Assembly: GCA_051942245.1 (NCBI GenBank)
Contig: JAVECL010000155.1
Span: forward strand, 1 to 41,825
Direction of reading: 5' to 3'
Source: Trypethelium eluteriae
Taxonomy: Eukaryota
Length of the DNA stretch: 41,825 nt
The translations under genes and the position numbers were made by a program. The notes under the pieces are model-generated. The model saw only the letters and a program-made list of their open reading frames with translations. It did not search any database and had not been told where the DNA came from. Positions 12,814 to 24,830 of the stretch are shown in pieces; within the stretch, counting starts at the first letter, position 1, and each line of letters starts with the position of its first letter.

Positions 12814-13494
12814 ATTAATCATTTGAGTAGACTATCCTCACAAATATATTCCATTTAGTTTCAGCACGGGCCTAAGGAGATCAGGTCTAGTTTTGTAATG
12901 CTTACTGCTGAAGCCATGTATCCACCAAGGCATGTACGATGATGGGCTCGTGCAATCCTATCCGCTGCCCAGCCATCGGTCTGAAAATGAGTGATCCAAG
13001 AATTCAATATTGGTATTGATCTATTAGGACCACCTTGGCTATGCTCTTGGTGGACAGATCACGCATCGTTGCCAGTGGCGTCCAGCAGGCAGTATGGATT
13101 AAGGCCATCACTGAGGTACCCAACAAGCCTACTTGAACTCTCCTTTGCTGTGTCAATGAGTTTCGTTTGTAAGCGCATTCATCATCCTTCGCCTGCTTTC
13201 TAGATAGGAGTCACTAGAAAAATTTTCGTGCAACTTAAGTGCGGGAGTAAACAACAGACCACCAGACTTTCCAACAGGTAACCAACACCAGTTTTTCTCA
13301 TTATGGCAGTGAAGGACCCAACTCCCAACCAGACACGCCAAGGTCAAGATTGCATCGTTATTTAATTTTCGATTTCGCAGGTGGCACTCACCCATGACGC
13401 GACAAAATTTAATTGATCAAATACCATTTTTGCATTCTATGTCACGATTGCTATCATTCGCTGTCGTCACGTCTCTGTTAGACTTCAAAAAATA

Positions 13495-13966
13495 ATGTTT
13501 CCTGTTCATATACTTCTCGTAGTTTCTCTTTTAATCTGGTCTAGCAGTGCTAGCAGTCTCTATCGAAGGCAAAATGGAGCAGAGGTAGCGGATCCTATCG
13601 ATACTGAACCCTCGGCTTGTCAATTTCATATCAACTCGACCAGTCCTGCTGTCGACAAAACGCCGAATGAGGAGGAGCTTGGCCCTCTTGATGAGGATGA
13701 GAGTTACTACTTGTTCACTTTGTTTGAGGATTTGGGCCTCGTGGATAACATATTCACAGCCAATGGCTCCACCACTCGGCAAAAGTGATCCCTTCCCATC
13801 TTTAAAATTGTCATTTTTAGATGATGACTGACGCGATTCCAGTGAAAGTGAGACAGCAGCCACTGCTGCTGGTGATCCGAAGGCCGGAAAATCAGCAAGC
13901 CACCGAAAACGAGCGATACGCAGAGGTAATCATTTCTCCGGCATGCATAGCTACGGCAGGCATTGA
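13495..13966 (+). CDS. Small secreted protein with dibasic (Kex2-like) sites, unknown function. Probable exons 13495-13784 and 13843-13966; the unspliced ORF ends at 13788
   Basis: Hydrophobic N-terminus MFPVHILLVVSLLIWSSSAS followed by LYRR-Q. A 58-nt intron (weak GTGATC donor, ACTGAC branch, CAG acceptor) removes the stop and extends the protein to ...HRKRAIRRGNHFSGMHSYGRH*. Confidence 0.5.
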
Positions 13967-14634
13967 TGAACGTGGAGCGTCGGTACATCTAGTCTCAACT
14001 TTTTTCAAGCAAAAAGTGTCAAAACATAATGGAGATTAGATGATAGTTTTGTTGTTGATGTAGAGATTTCAGAATGTTTTCTAGCAGGAATATTTCTCCT
14101 ACACAATCTGCTGCGCCGTTGACGTAAGCGGGGATGTAAGTTGGCAGGGATACTCTAGCGAGTTCTCTCGTCTCAGATGCTCGATGTCACCATGTACATC
14201 TCCTCTGCCGCCTTCTCCGTAGCACGCAGTACCATCGCTGGCTAATTGGCCAGGCTAGCTCACTTCTCACTTCTTCTTTTCGCGTTGTGCTCGATTATGG
14301 GGAAATCGTCGGATGCAACGATCGCCAGCTCAGACAGCATCCTCAGACCTTGGCCCTCATCTTGAGCAAGCTTTCTTGATCTATAGAATAGAGTACTCTA
14401 TGTCTTTCGCGGCTTCTGGGAGACCGCAGGACGTGTGCTTTCATCTGCTAAACCTCTAGAGTTCCTACAGCAATCGAGCCTGAACGAAAGTCGATCATCA
14501 GATTAGGCGTATTCTACAGACTAATCCTCATCGTTTGTACCTCGACCGCAGTCAACTGGACGTCTCCTCGAAGCGAAACCCATACCTTCGACAAACCCTT
14601 TCTATCGCTATCGTCAACATTCAATCGTCCGAGC

Positions 14635-15063
14635 ATGACATCCAGCTGCGCGCTTTCCTACCTCAACTCTACTTTTCCCCTTGGTGCCCTCCCACAATCC
14701 CTATCCAATGCCTCTTCACCGCGCACATACTGCGCCGCCAACGGCCGCGAACCCAACATGGCCACCTGCTGCGCCCCAAATCCGGTAAATGCCTACCCTG
14801 AGTTCGGCCCTTGCGCTAGTTGGTGCGATATACCTAGTGGCAAGTTCGCGCTACCGAAGGAGCAGGGTGTATTGGGTGCAAGCAATGGGCAGGAGCTGGA
14901 TCAGCTGTTTGGCGCATGCTTAATGAATGAGACAGGGACGGCGAGATCTGGGAGTACACTGTGCGAAATGCCGAGTGCTGGGGTACGAATAGAAGCGCGA
15001 AAATGGTGGATACTGGGGATATTGATGCTGCATTATGTGGATACGTTTGGAGATTGGATGTGA
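14635..15063 (+). CDS. Small 8-Cys protein with a C-terminal hydrophobic (GPI/TM-like) tail, unknown function
   Basis: 142-aa single-exon ORF with Cys pattern C-C-CC-C-x3-C-C-C, three N-glycosylation sequons and tail SAGVRIEARKWWILGILML. Confidence 0.65.
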   Translation: MTSSCALSYLNSTFPLGALPQSLSNASSPRTYCAANGREPNMATCCAPNPVNAYPEFGPCASWCDIPSGKFALPKEQGVLGASNGQELDQLFGACLMNETGTARSGSTLCEMPSAGVRIEARKWWILGILMLHYVDTFGDWM

Positions 15064-15650
15064 TTTTTGGAATAGAATGTGTCATGATGAAGGTACAATA
15101 CCCCGGAAGCACTCTAATATTCGGAAAATAAAAGAGATGGGTTTGCCTATGGTATATGCATCCCTTGTCCAAACATTTAGGCGGATCATGCAGCCAAGCA
15201 ATCCGGACTTGAAGACAGATCGGAAATGAGCCCTGGGAAGCATCAATTCAGGCTAGCCTCTGGTGTTCAGACGCTCTTCGGTAATTTTTCCCATATACCA
15301 GATTTTCGAAATTGGTTGGTGGAAATTACACATTGCTCCACAATCGCGTGGATTTTCAGGACCTGGAAAACTGCCCCTCGTCCCCACACCCCGCATTTCA
15401 ACCGTCAACCAAAACCTATTTTGAATGTCATATATTTCCTTGCCGAGGATCGATTGTATATGAGCCCTGCATTGTATACATAGAGCCGCAAGCGGATATC
15501 ACCCTGGCGGTCTAATGCCCCCCGAATAATAGGTGTACGGGTAAATAGGTAGCTCGCCTTAAGAACCGGTATGTGATTCTCATTACTCTGCGTAATTCTT
15601 CTAGATGAAAGCCACCATCCTCTTTCCTTAGCCCTTCTTACCAATCTAAC

Positions 15651-16532
15651 ATGCTTTCAAGCCTCTTATCATTCATCTTGCTTGCTATCTCTTACCAAGC
15701 CACAACTTCTTCCGCTCTGCCAAGCCACAGACCTCTTTCCTCCAAACCAGCAGCATTCTTTTTAGCAGGTGACTCAACGACTGCCACTCAATCTAGTGGC
15801 GGTGGAGGTATGAATTATCCTTCGCAGCACTCTGCTTTATGTGCTGCATCCATACTGATCAAGCTTTTCTAAGGCTGGGGTGATGGCTTCATAAACACTA
15901 CGCTGCACAATGGTGCCACCGGCAAGAACTTTGGTCACAATGGTGCAACGACAGTCTCTTTCCGCGCAGGCGGCGACTGGTCCTGGGTCCTTGGCAATGC
16001 TTCGGCCTCCCTCCCCTCTTACAACCCATACGTGACAATCCAATTCGGTCACAACGATCAAAAGCCTGCGGCCAACATTAGCATTGCCGAATTCACTGCC
16101 AATCTTGTCCAATTCGTTAAAGACGTTCGGAATGTCCCTGCAACACCCATCTTGGTGACGAGTCTCAGCCGACGGAATTATGAGAACACAACGGACGGGC
16201 CAAGAATCGTGGAGAACCTGGCGGATGTCACAGCTGCTGCAATCAATGCGGCGCAACAGGCGGGATGCACGTATATCAATCTGAACCAAGCGAGTGAGAA
16301 CTATTTGAACGAGATCGGTCCCGACGATGCGTACACGTATAATCTGAATCCAACAGACTATACGCATCTAAACGACGAGGGAAGCATAGTATTTGGCAAC
16401 TTGGTAGCCGTGTTGATGAATCAGAATGTGACGGGAGTTGGAGAGTACGTTTCGCCGGAGGAAGAGATTGCGGAAGCAATAAGTGAGGGCGTGTACTATT
16501 TCCCGGAGGGATGTGAGGGAGAGTTTTGCTGA
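15651..16532 (+). CDS. Secreted SGNH/GDSL esterase, CE12 (rhamnogalacturonan acetylesterase-like). Exons 15651-15807 and 15874-16532
   Basis: Signal peptide, then block I FFLAGDST, GWGDGF across intron 15808-15873, block II GHNGAT, block III IQFGHND and block V DYTH. Confidence 0.9.
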
Positions 16533-17836
16533 GGGCACCCGCTTTTGGAGACAATTTGGTACTTCTAGGGCGAATGGAAAAATGTAGGACTGCATACGGT
16601 ACAACTGTTGAATTCCATGAATATGAAAGTAAACTTGTCTCTTATTTTCTCTGGTGCTAGCTTGACAAACGGAATCACAAAAATGACAATTAGAGAGATA
16701 GGACAGCGGCTTTGCTTTGAGGTCGTCGGCAATTGCTGCCCGGACAAGGAAGACGCACCAAGCAATCCTGTGAGGAAATGCCGTCGTCGAAATCCCTACC
16801 TTAGGGTTTCCTTTTCTCATCAGTAATCGTGCGAGGATCGCTGACTCGGTGTGCTTGGTTGCCAATGGAAGAATGAGAGAATAGAGCAGTCGGGCCTAGA
16901 TTTTGTCCTGGCGCAGTGCAACCCCTTTTCTCGTATCCAACCAACTGCCAACACACGACTTCGCAACTTCATCTCGGGACCACGTACACGATTTCAATTC
17001 GGTCATGGTGGAAGATCATTCTCCAGAGAAACGACACGGACTTGGATCTGCGATGTATTTTTGACCTCGAATACTTCTCATCTGAGGCTTTATGCACGTC
17101 GTTGCAAAGGAAATTCGTCGAAGACTTAATCCTGCAACGAGAAGGAGCTTGGAAGTTTACAAGCAAGAATTTAGTCAGATATGACAACTCGTACATATTG
17201 TTCAAGGAACAATCGCAGCCTTACGGCGAGACTCGCTAAAAGGCAGCCGACCAAGATGCGTACGAATTTAATTGCTAACTCGTCTACTATTGCGAACACG
17301 ACCATGTCTCCACCAAGGCAGAAGTCTCAACAATTCACTTTACCACAATAATTCCACGTTGGCCGTGCAACAGAGCCGATACTCCTTGCTCCAATTAGTA
17401 AGCCTACAGGACGATATACAACCTTCGATCGTCCTTCTTGTCGGTCTCCATTTACTCTATTAGTTGGTTCCCTATGTAACGCAGAGAAAAGGCAGGTACA
17501 TTATGGATGATCAGCTGATCGACGGTATTATATCATACAGATGTTGGCTCAACAGAATGTCGTGTAGTATACAACGCGGAGCCGGTGACCTCTTTGCACC
17601 AGACGCAACGCAACCTACGGCAGCTGTTGGCAAGGTGTTGCCCTAAATCATTTCCTACCTACTTCTACTTTGTGTCATGACTTTCACGATACGATATTGA
17701 TTCTAAAGCTAGATTTTCTTCGATTCTTGTTTACTCCACAGTCATTGATGCTCTATGTCTACGGCTGATTGGAATTATCGGCCTATCCCATTCCGCTCTT
17801 GTTTCCCAAGGATTAAACTGATTTCTCTCGCACATT

Positions 17837-19472
17837 ATGATTCATGCAATCCTTCAATTTTCTACGATAATCATATTGATTGTGCTCCATTCTCAAGGCG
17901 GGGTTTCTGATGACAATAAAGCTTATTCAGGACGGCCAGGTGCTATCTTCCGCCCCGTCGATACAAGCGCAACAAAAGGGAGCCTTTCGGAACAATACGG
18001 TGTAACTTTCAAGACTAACAAAGAAGGCTCCTGTCAACCATGGTGGCCAAAACTCAGCAAGTCGTTTGACGAAGCGCGAGATGCGGTTTTATCAGCACTT
18101 CAAGCTCTTGATCACCTGGGTGTCCCTCGACCCCCAAGAGAAAATCGACAAGGCCGAGGAATCTGGGACCGATCTGCAAGGTCGGTCGCCGCATTGTGGG
18201 ATATACACGTCTCAGATGGAGGCTGGAAGAAAGACGGACGTCGCAGTGTTGCCGTCTTTGAGCAGATTCAAGGTAAGTCATTGTTACTTCGTACAACATG
18301 CGGGCGCAGCGGATGGCTAGTGATACAGCGCTCTCCGATCATGCGATAGGAAACCGCCTTTACAGAATTGCACAGTGATCAGGAAAGCTGACTCGTGAGC
18401 ATACCTCACGGCAATCTACTGTTGCGGGTTAGACGCCTGCTGCTAGCGCTGGTCTAGCCATTGAATGAGTCCATCGCCTTTGCCTCAGAAATATTACGGA
18501 CTGTGCTGATTTCTTTTTTCTTATAGCGGTATACAATTCTTACCTAGACGAGACCAAATATCATGGACGCCTGCCAAAATATGAGCTTTACTGTGGAACG
18601 GATTGGCTGGAATGGGACACAGTCAACGGCGAACCGGGCTGGTGGTCGATATACAAGACCTCCAGCAATGGACCGTTCCTAAGCCCACCCCGTTTTCGAC
18701 CTCCGATAAAGTCAGGGCCATTATCCAGCCAACCTTTCGATCTTTGCAATGGGGGAGAGGCAGCAACATTGAAGAGACAGAACGCTGTAATAATGTGCCC
18801 AAACTTTCTGCGACAAGCGACGGATCTCGATACAGTACAGAGGAGGACGAGTCCGCAATCCTCGGCAGGAAGAAGTGATCCTCTGCGGGAACGTATGATC
18901 GAGGATCTCGAGAATACGTTAGCGCGAGAGTGGATCTTCCAGTGGGGTCATCTGATTCAACGATGTAAGCTGAGATCTTCGTTCCATCTAGCTGAAGCTT
19001 GCTGTCGCTTTCTTGACATGCTAATTGCCATTCATCATTAGGGACCACTCCACCACACATTGATAGCAGGGGTGATAACCGAGGTGGATCTACTATGGGT
19101 TATAGTAGCTGTGTCAACCTTGCAAGATACGCTCCACAACTAGCTCTCGATAGTTCGCCTGAGACATATGCACTTTTCGCCGTCATGGTTCACGCTAGCT
19201 ATGCGGACTGGACCAAAGGCTATGCAAGCGACCCTCAGACTTTTACCGTTTCAAGCCAAGATATCTCGTCCGGAACAGGGAGGAGGCCTATTGGGCCTCC
19301 ACGTCGTGACACATTCTCAGGACCAAACCCGAACAGCAGACCCCGTCCACCTTCTCGCACAGACTCGTCTTCCGGAAGGGACCGGAACCACAGGGGTCCT
19401 CCGCCTGGATTAATCGAGAAAGGAATCGAGAGTTTGGCACGAGAGGCAATCAAATATTGCAAAAAGCTCTGA
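17837..19472 (+). CDS. Secreted M35/aspzincin-like (zincin-fold) protein with a degenerate zinc-binding motif, about 434 aa. Exons 17837-18272, 18527-18964, 19042-19472
   Basis: Signal peptide. Two phase-1 GT-AG introns give one continuous frame containing LYCGTDWL, VIMCPNF, TLAREWIFQWGHL, HID...MGYSSCVNLA and SPETYALFAVM...DWTKG. This is the motif order of fungal M35-like proteins, but HExxH reads FQWGH. Confidence 0.62.
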
Positions 19473-20275
19473 AATGAGAGCCTTCAAAGATAAGCTGGAG
19501 GCTGGGGTCAAGAAAAGGCCAAGTGAAATAGGAATGGCTTCAATTCGGCATTGTGGGGAGCCATCAGTAATACAGCACTGCGCTGGCGGGAATGAATCCT
19601 GAATCACAGTACTACAAGCTTCGGATAGATGTTTCAAGTATTCAAAAGACAGATACCAATATTATCGAAGCTATGCAAACTCCACAAGCTTGAGGGACTT
19701 ACTCAGCATTGACCATACAATGGCTCAACGTCTGCCCATGGAACATTAACTCAGAATATTGTGTGGTCGCTGCTCCTTGGGGCAGACCAGGTTGAGTCAT
19801 CGGAATAATATTTCAGAATGGCTCTATACACAAAGGCCAAGTTTTGTTTTATCTACCTCTGTCATGGTCATGTCCGCCTTAATCCTGCTTGCGCTGCCCA
19901 TCCTAGCACCAAGACATATCCATCCGTCCCATCGTACACCATGTTCGCCGAAGGAATGCTTCCGCCCTATGCGCATACGCTTCGCTGTATTAACTCTGGC
20001 GTGAAAGTGATGAAGAGGAAAAATAATAGAGTGAAGGGAGAAATCGCCCCAATGGAAAGACTCCATCCTCTGCATCGCACGCTGCTATCCTTGAAGATGG
20101 CCCGCGTGCAGCGTAATCTAAACAATGAGATGAAGGTCCGTTTCAGGCAACCAATGCTTGCGAAGGATAGTCATGGCGCCGCAAATGAATGCGATGAATG
20201 CAGGGTATTACTGTCCTCGAACTTAAGGTTCGCACAAGATGATGTGTCCCAAAATGTCCTATGATTTTCTGAAAC

Positions 20276-23200
20276 TCATCGGATGAAGATACTTTCGTTA
20301 CGGTTCCATTGGCTCTGTCTCGTATTGCGGTGATCGAGCCCCAGCATGTCATCGGAGTGGGTGATTTTCTCGGCAAGAATGTCGTCTGAGTTCTGTAATT
20401 AGTGATGCCCCACATAGTTCTAAAAATCCTGCTCACCATCCTCAATGTACTCTGGTCTGGAGTACGCGCTCCTAGACACAACAGCGAATTTGATCTTCTC
20501 CAATTGCTTCCCCTTGATCCCCGTCCGCTTTGATAACCGCTCCTTAGTATCTTTGAAGACCTCGCCCTACTCACCCGATCAGCTCCATCCATGTCACACC
20601 AAGACGATTAAAAGCTGAAATAATCAGACTTACCTGCTTGACCAGAAAGCAAAACGGTACGCCGTGTGCCTTAGCAACTTCCTTATCAAAATGCATTGCC
20701 CAAATCACCCGATCTCGCTTGTCTTCGTCCAGGCTCATTCCCGGATCCGCCAAATCGCCCTTCTCCCTCGCTAGCACCTCCTCTTCTGGTATCCGCTCTG
20801 CATACAGTAGTAGCCATTCACTCAGATTCGTCACGCTGTAGGTCTCTGGCACGACCTTCGTGCCTTTGCCTTGATGCACCTCGAACACGCGGATCTGAGA
20901 GAGCGCATCATCAGGGATGGTTTGTGCCGACTGAGCAGCGTATGTGTTGACGGTGGATGTGCCGTTCTGTTGCGAGAGGTCAGGGGACCCGGTGGTCGAA
21001 GACATTGTGGTGGTGCGATCAGGCCCAGCATTGACGCGGGTTTGAAGATGTAGAATAAGGTCGTGAACGGTACCCTGTTTAGGGACGAGGAGGTCGAGTT
21101 GCTCCTCCTTCTGGATGCCGTCGCTGAGCCAAGTCACTTTGATGGGCCTCCTAGTCTCAATCTCGGCTAGGCTGAGCTCAAGAACCTCGAAGTAGAGTCG
21201 GTCGGTGGATTGGTTCTGTGTACTGTAGGTGCCGTAGCCTGGCATGAGGATACTAGCAAGTGTCGATGCTGGCGTGCGTTTTACGACGGCTTTTGGTTTC
21301 CCGGTGCTTAGGTTAACGGTGAAGAAGCGAAGATGGTCAGGGGACTCGTCGATCTGCTCGCCGACTTTAGCAGCCACTTGGTCATAGGTCATCTTTTTGC
21401 TGAGGGTGAGGTCGAAATAAGTCTTTTCATTTTCCTCCGGCGCGGTCTTATGTCGGAAGTGGATGACAATGCGGTTGAGAAGGTAATCGTAGAACTCGCG
21501 GGCATCTACACAGCCATCCCTGCTCTGAATCTCTTGGATTTCCTTGTCATTCAGACCTCTTTGGAAGCATATGATATCGCCATCTTGGATCTCAGAGGCA
21601 GCCAGCGTAATTTTGGCCTTCATAGGTTCAATCATGTTTTGTTTGATTTCCTCCCATAATCGGAGCGTACAGGAATTCGATGGCCAACCCATCAAGTCTA
21701 GAATCATTGGCGCCAGATCTGAGACCTTCTGCTGCCACCCGATGTAAACATGACCGACGCCGTAGAGGGACTGCTTCTCGGGGTCGTAATGCTTGAGGAA
21801 CAATATTATCTGTCGACTGTTTGGTTGACCATCTGCAGAAGGTACAACATCTCCCCATTTCGGCTTGCCTTCATCGTCGAGATCAGTAGTCTCCATGAAT
21901 ATTCGGAAAGTCGAGTTCTTGGTTGAATATTTCTGAGCTGCTTCTTCCACAGTCATCGTAGGGAACATGAGAGGTTGATCTGGGCGGACTGTTCCATTTT
22001 GTCGGTTGACCATTACCCATGGTCGACAGACTTCGGGGTCAGCTTGTATTTCCTTGGCAGCTAGTTGCGTCATTTCTTGAAGAGTCGTGGTCTTGAGAAC
22101 CTTGTAAGATTTTGGAGCTGGAGGTGTATTAGGCTCTGCATTCCACTGCACAATATCGAATCCTTGATATGCGCGGAAATTGTCCTCGGTAGCTACCTGC
22201 ACGTTCATATACAGGTGAGCTTCCTCCCTCTCTCGGCGCCTTTTTTCAAGCAACGCACGCTCCTCCGCGAGCTTCCTTTCAAGATGCGAGGGAGGTTCAA
22301 CGAGTTCTTCTGTGCGTAAAACTTCATCTTGACGGCTTTCTCGGATGTACACCAGCATGTAGGCGTTATTTGATTTCTTGTTCGAGAAAGTTCGTGTGTA
22401 AGGATTTCGCACACCATTGACGCCATTGGTGCTTGCGTATTCTCCACCAAAGTTATCATCAAGCGCCTCTTTCTTCGTAGCTCGCGTCACCCGGTCGTCA
22501 TCGAATCGATAATAGCCGGCATCTTTTGTGGGCTTGAGGAAGGCATAGTAGTGTCCTGCATTAAGATCGCCGCTATGCACAAGGATACCGTGAAGGTGGT
22601 AAATGTATGGTTCCGACCTGTCAGCTTTCTCGTCGAGGTAGGGCGATGCATCAAAGACTTCGGGAAACTCGTATCTGTCATTGATCTTCATGAGGGCATC
22701 CCGTTCCCAGTCATACTCAAACCGCTTGAGCTGGAGGTGGAGGACTTGCGGGAATGTCTCGAATATCACTCCTTTCTTGGCATCTTGGAGTCCGTACCCT
22801 TCTGCAAAGTACTTGTTGTCACCTTCCATGGTTTCGACCTGAATGTAGTCCTTGAAGCTGTCGTCCAAGCTCTTGTTTCCCCGCACATTCAATTGAATAT
22901 CCCAAAAGTCCTCTATTCTTGATGATTCGTAGTCGACATTGATGCAAGAAATGTAGGTTTTCATCTTTCCCACAAACATTTTAGCAAGCGCGTTCTCGGC
23001 TTCGGTGCCTTTCATGCGCTCCTCCATCCTTTCCATCAAGATTCGTGAAAGTTCCTGAACATCTTGCTGCTCGAATATCTGCTTCGATTCCCAGCCAAAA
23101 GACGCTGTGAGCTCGGTTGTCGAGACTGCACCGCTTTCTCTCTGTAATCTATAAAAAAGACGCTGTAATGCATATGCGCTGTTGGCTTTGTCCGCTTCTT

Positions 23201-24138
23201 GCTCCGTAGGTATTTGGTAGACGGCCTGCCATTCGTCAGTAATGTATGTATTCAAGCACTTGCAAAACAGTACCTTTCGAAAAGCAGTTGTGAAATATAA
23301 CGACTGAAGGAGTGAGTTAAGGTAGCATGTGGCACCTTGGTTCTTCAATCCCACCATCCCAGTTTCCTTCTTAGAGTCGTAGCTGGCCAACGATTAGCAT
23401 CAATGTCGGCAGGAGATACCATTTGAGTCGACCCACTTGATGAAATTGTGCCATAACACCCCGGTTGGGTCCTTGAGTACCCTGACGTACGCAGTCACCA
23501 TGACCGAGTCATTTTCCACCATCGGTCTGTCTTTATTGTCGAAATTGGACGTAAATATGCGCCTCAAATCAGCGAAACGCGTGAATCCCCAGTCTCCTTC
23601 ATCAGCGGTAAATCGATGGTTTGCTGAATGTGTGAGGTAAATGGTCGGGTCATTAGGGTTCCACATGACGAGCATAAACTGTACACAGGCATACCAATCG
23701 TCCGGCGGCTTGTCACCAAAGCCCTGCTCCAGATAGAAGGATGCGCAGTCGACGTTGTTGCCATATGGGAAAAATAATATTCGCCACGGGTGCTTCCCGC
23801 ATTCGAAGACAGGACCATGTTCCCTCCGAGTCAGTTGCCGCCAATTCTGTATGTGCCATGTGTGATACGCCTCAGACTCTGTCTCTTGATCTGGCAGCTC
23901 TGGCATGAACTTGGCAAGCATTTCGTCAAAGCTGTCGGCCCGAATTTCTGGCTCCTGATCCGCATCCTCAACCGGGTCGTCAGGTGAGATGATGGCGACA
24001 TCTTGCTTCTCTTCGAACTCCTGTGGCTCAACGAGCATATCATTGCCAAGCTGTAAAGACCGCAAAAAGATGCAGGGTCAGCATGCAGAACACGAAAGCT
24101 GGAGAGAAGCCGGAAGAGTGTGCGCTTACCTGGTCCAT
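20276..24138 (-). CDS. UBP15: Ubiquitin C-terminal hydrolase USP7/Ubp15 orthologue (MATH + USP catalytic domain + C-terminal UBL region). Exons 24138-24130, 24050-23437, 23382-23274, 23225-20634, 20566-20437, 20385-20276
   Basis: MATH domain (WRILFFPYGN, DWGFTRF), Cys box GLKNQGATCYLNSLLQ, QQDVQE, His box LVHSGDLNAGHYYAF, FDDDRV and C-terminal LGLDH...SIFIR*. Five canonical introns. Confidence 0.95.
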
Positions 24139-24830
24139 GATGGCGGGGGAGTAAAGAAAACGCAGAGCTGGCCAACGCGCAAAGCGAGAGTCCGCCCGTG
24201 CGAAAGGGAGCCGGACAGCTCAGTCAAAGATGCTACGATGGAATCGGCGAACAGCGTCCAGGCAAATGGGTCGCGGAAGTTGGAATTGGGAAACTTGGAT
24301 GCTTTGTCAGAGCTTGCGAAGGACAACGGAAGTCGAAGGTCGCTAATGGTGGCGGAGGTGGGAACAATGACGAATGACGCTGGGCCTGCTTTGATCCTGC
24401 CCGAACTATCACCACCGATGATGCCCTTCCGTCACCGCGTCTCGGTGACAACCACAGACGTTGAAGCCCGAGGGCAGGGAATGTAATCAAGCTTCTGATT
24501 GATTGAAGCTGTCGTTCACGCGTTGGCGCCGCCAAACGCCCGCCCTACAGTCACGTTCGTCGTAGCCGCCGACATGACCAATGCCACGAGCCTTAACCGA
24601 GATTGATTTACATCGATGCTGTTCTGTGCTTTTTGAACCACATATGAAGTCGATGGACTCTGAAATATCGGGAGCACACGCGTTGAGGGGGCCTAGAGCC
24701 TGGACGCGCTTGAGTGCCACCAAATTGTACTGCTGCAGCTTTCCGCCCGCATCTACCGAATTGGGACGCCCCCGGATTTCCACCAGCTTCTGCTCATGGG
24801 AAGGTCTCGCGCGCGAGCGGATCCAGAGTG
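24139..24830. promoter_or_regulatory. Short divergent (probably bidirectional) promoter region between UBP15 and the mitochondrial kinase
   Basis: Start codons face away from each other 692 bp apart. No specific site is claimed. Confidence 0.45.

Noticed and set aside
14388..14401. Perfect 14-bp palindrome ATAGAGTACTCTAT
   Set aside because: Isolated; a few 14-bp palindromes are expected by chance in 42 kb.
18273..18526. Unusually long (254-nt) intron as a possible stwintron, micro-exon or snoRNA host
   Set aside because: No convincing internal donor/branch/acceptor set or C/D boxes; a single phase-1 intron already restores the frame.
19759..20264. 148-aa and overlapping ORFs between the zincin-like gene and UBP15
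   Set aside because: No motifs or protein-like character; they lie antisense to the probable UBP15 3' UTR.
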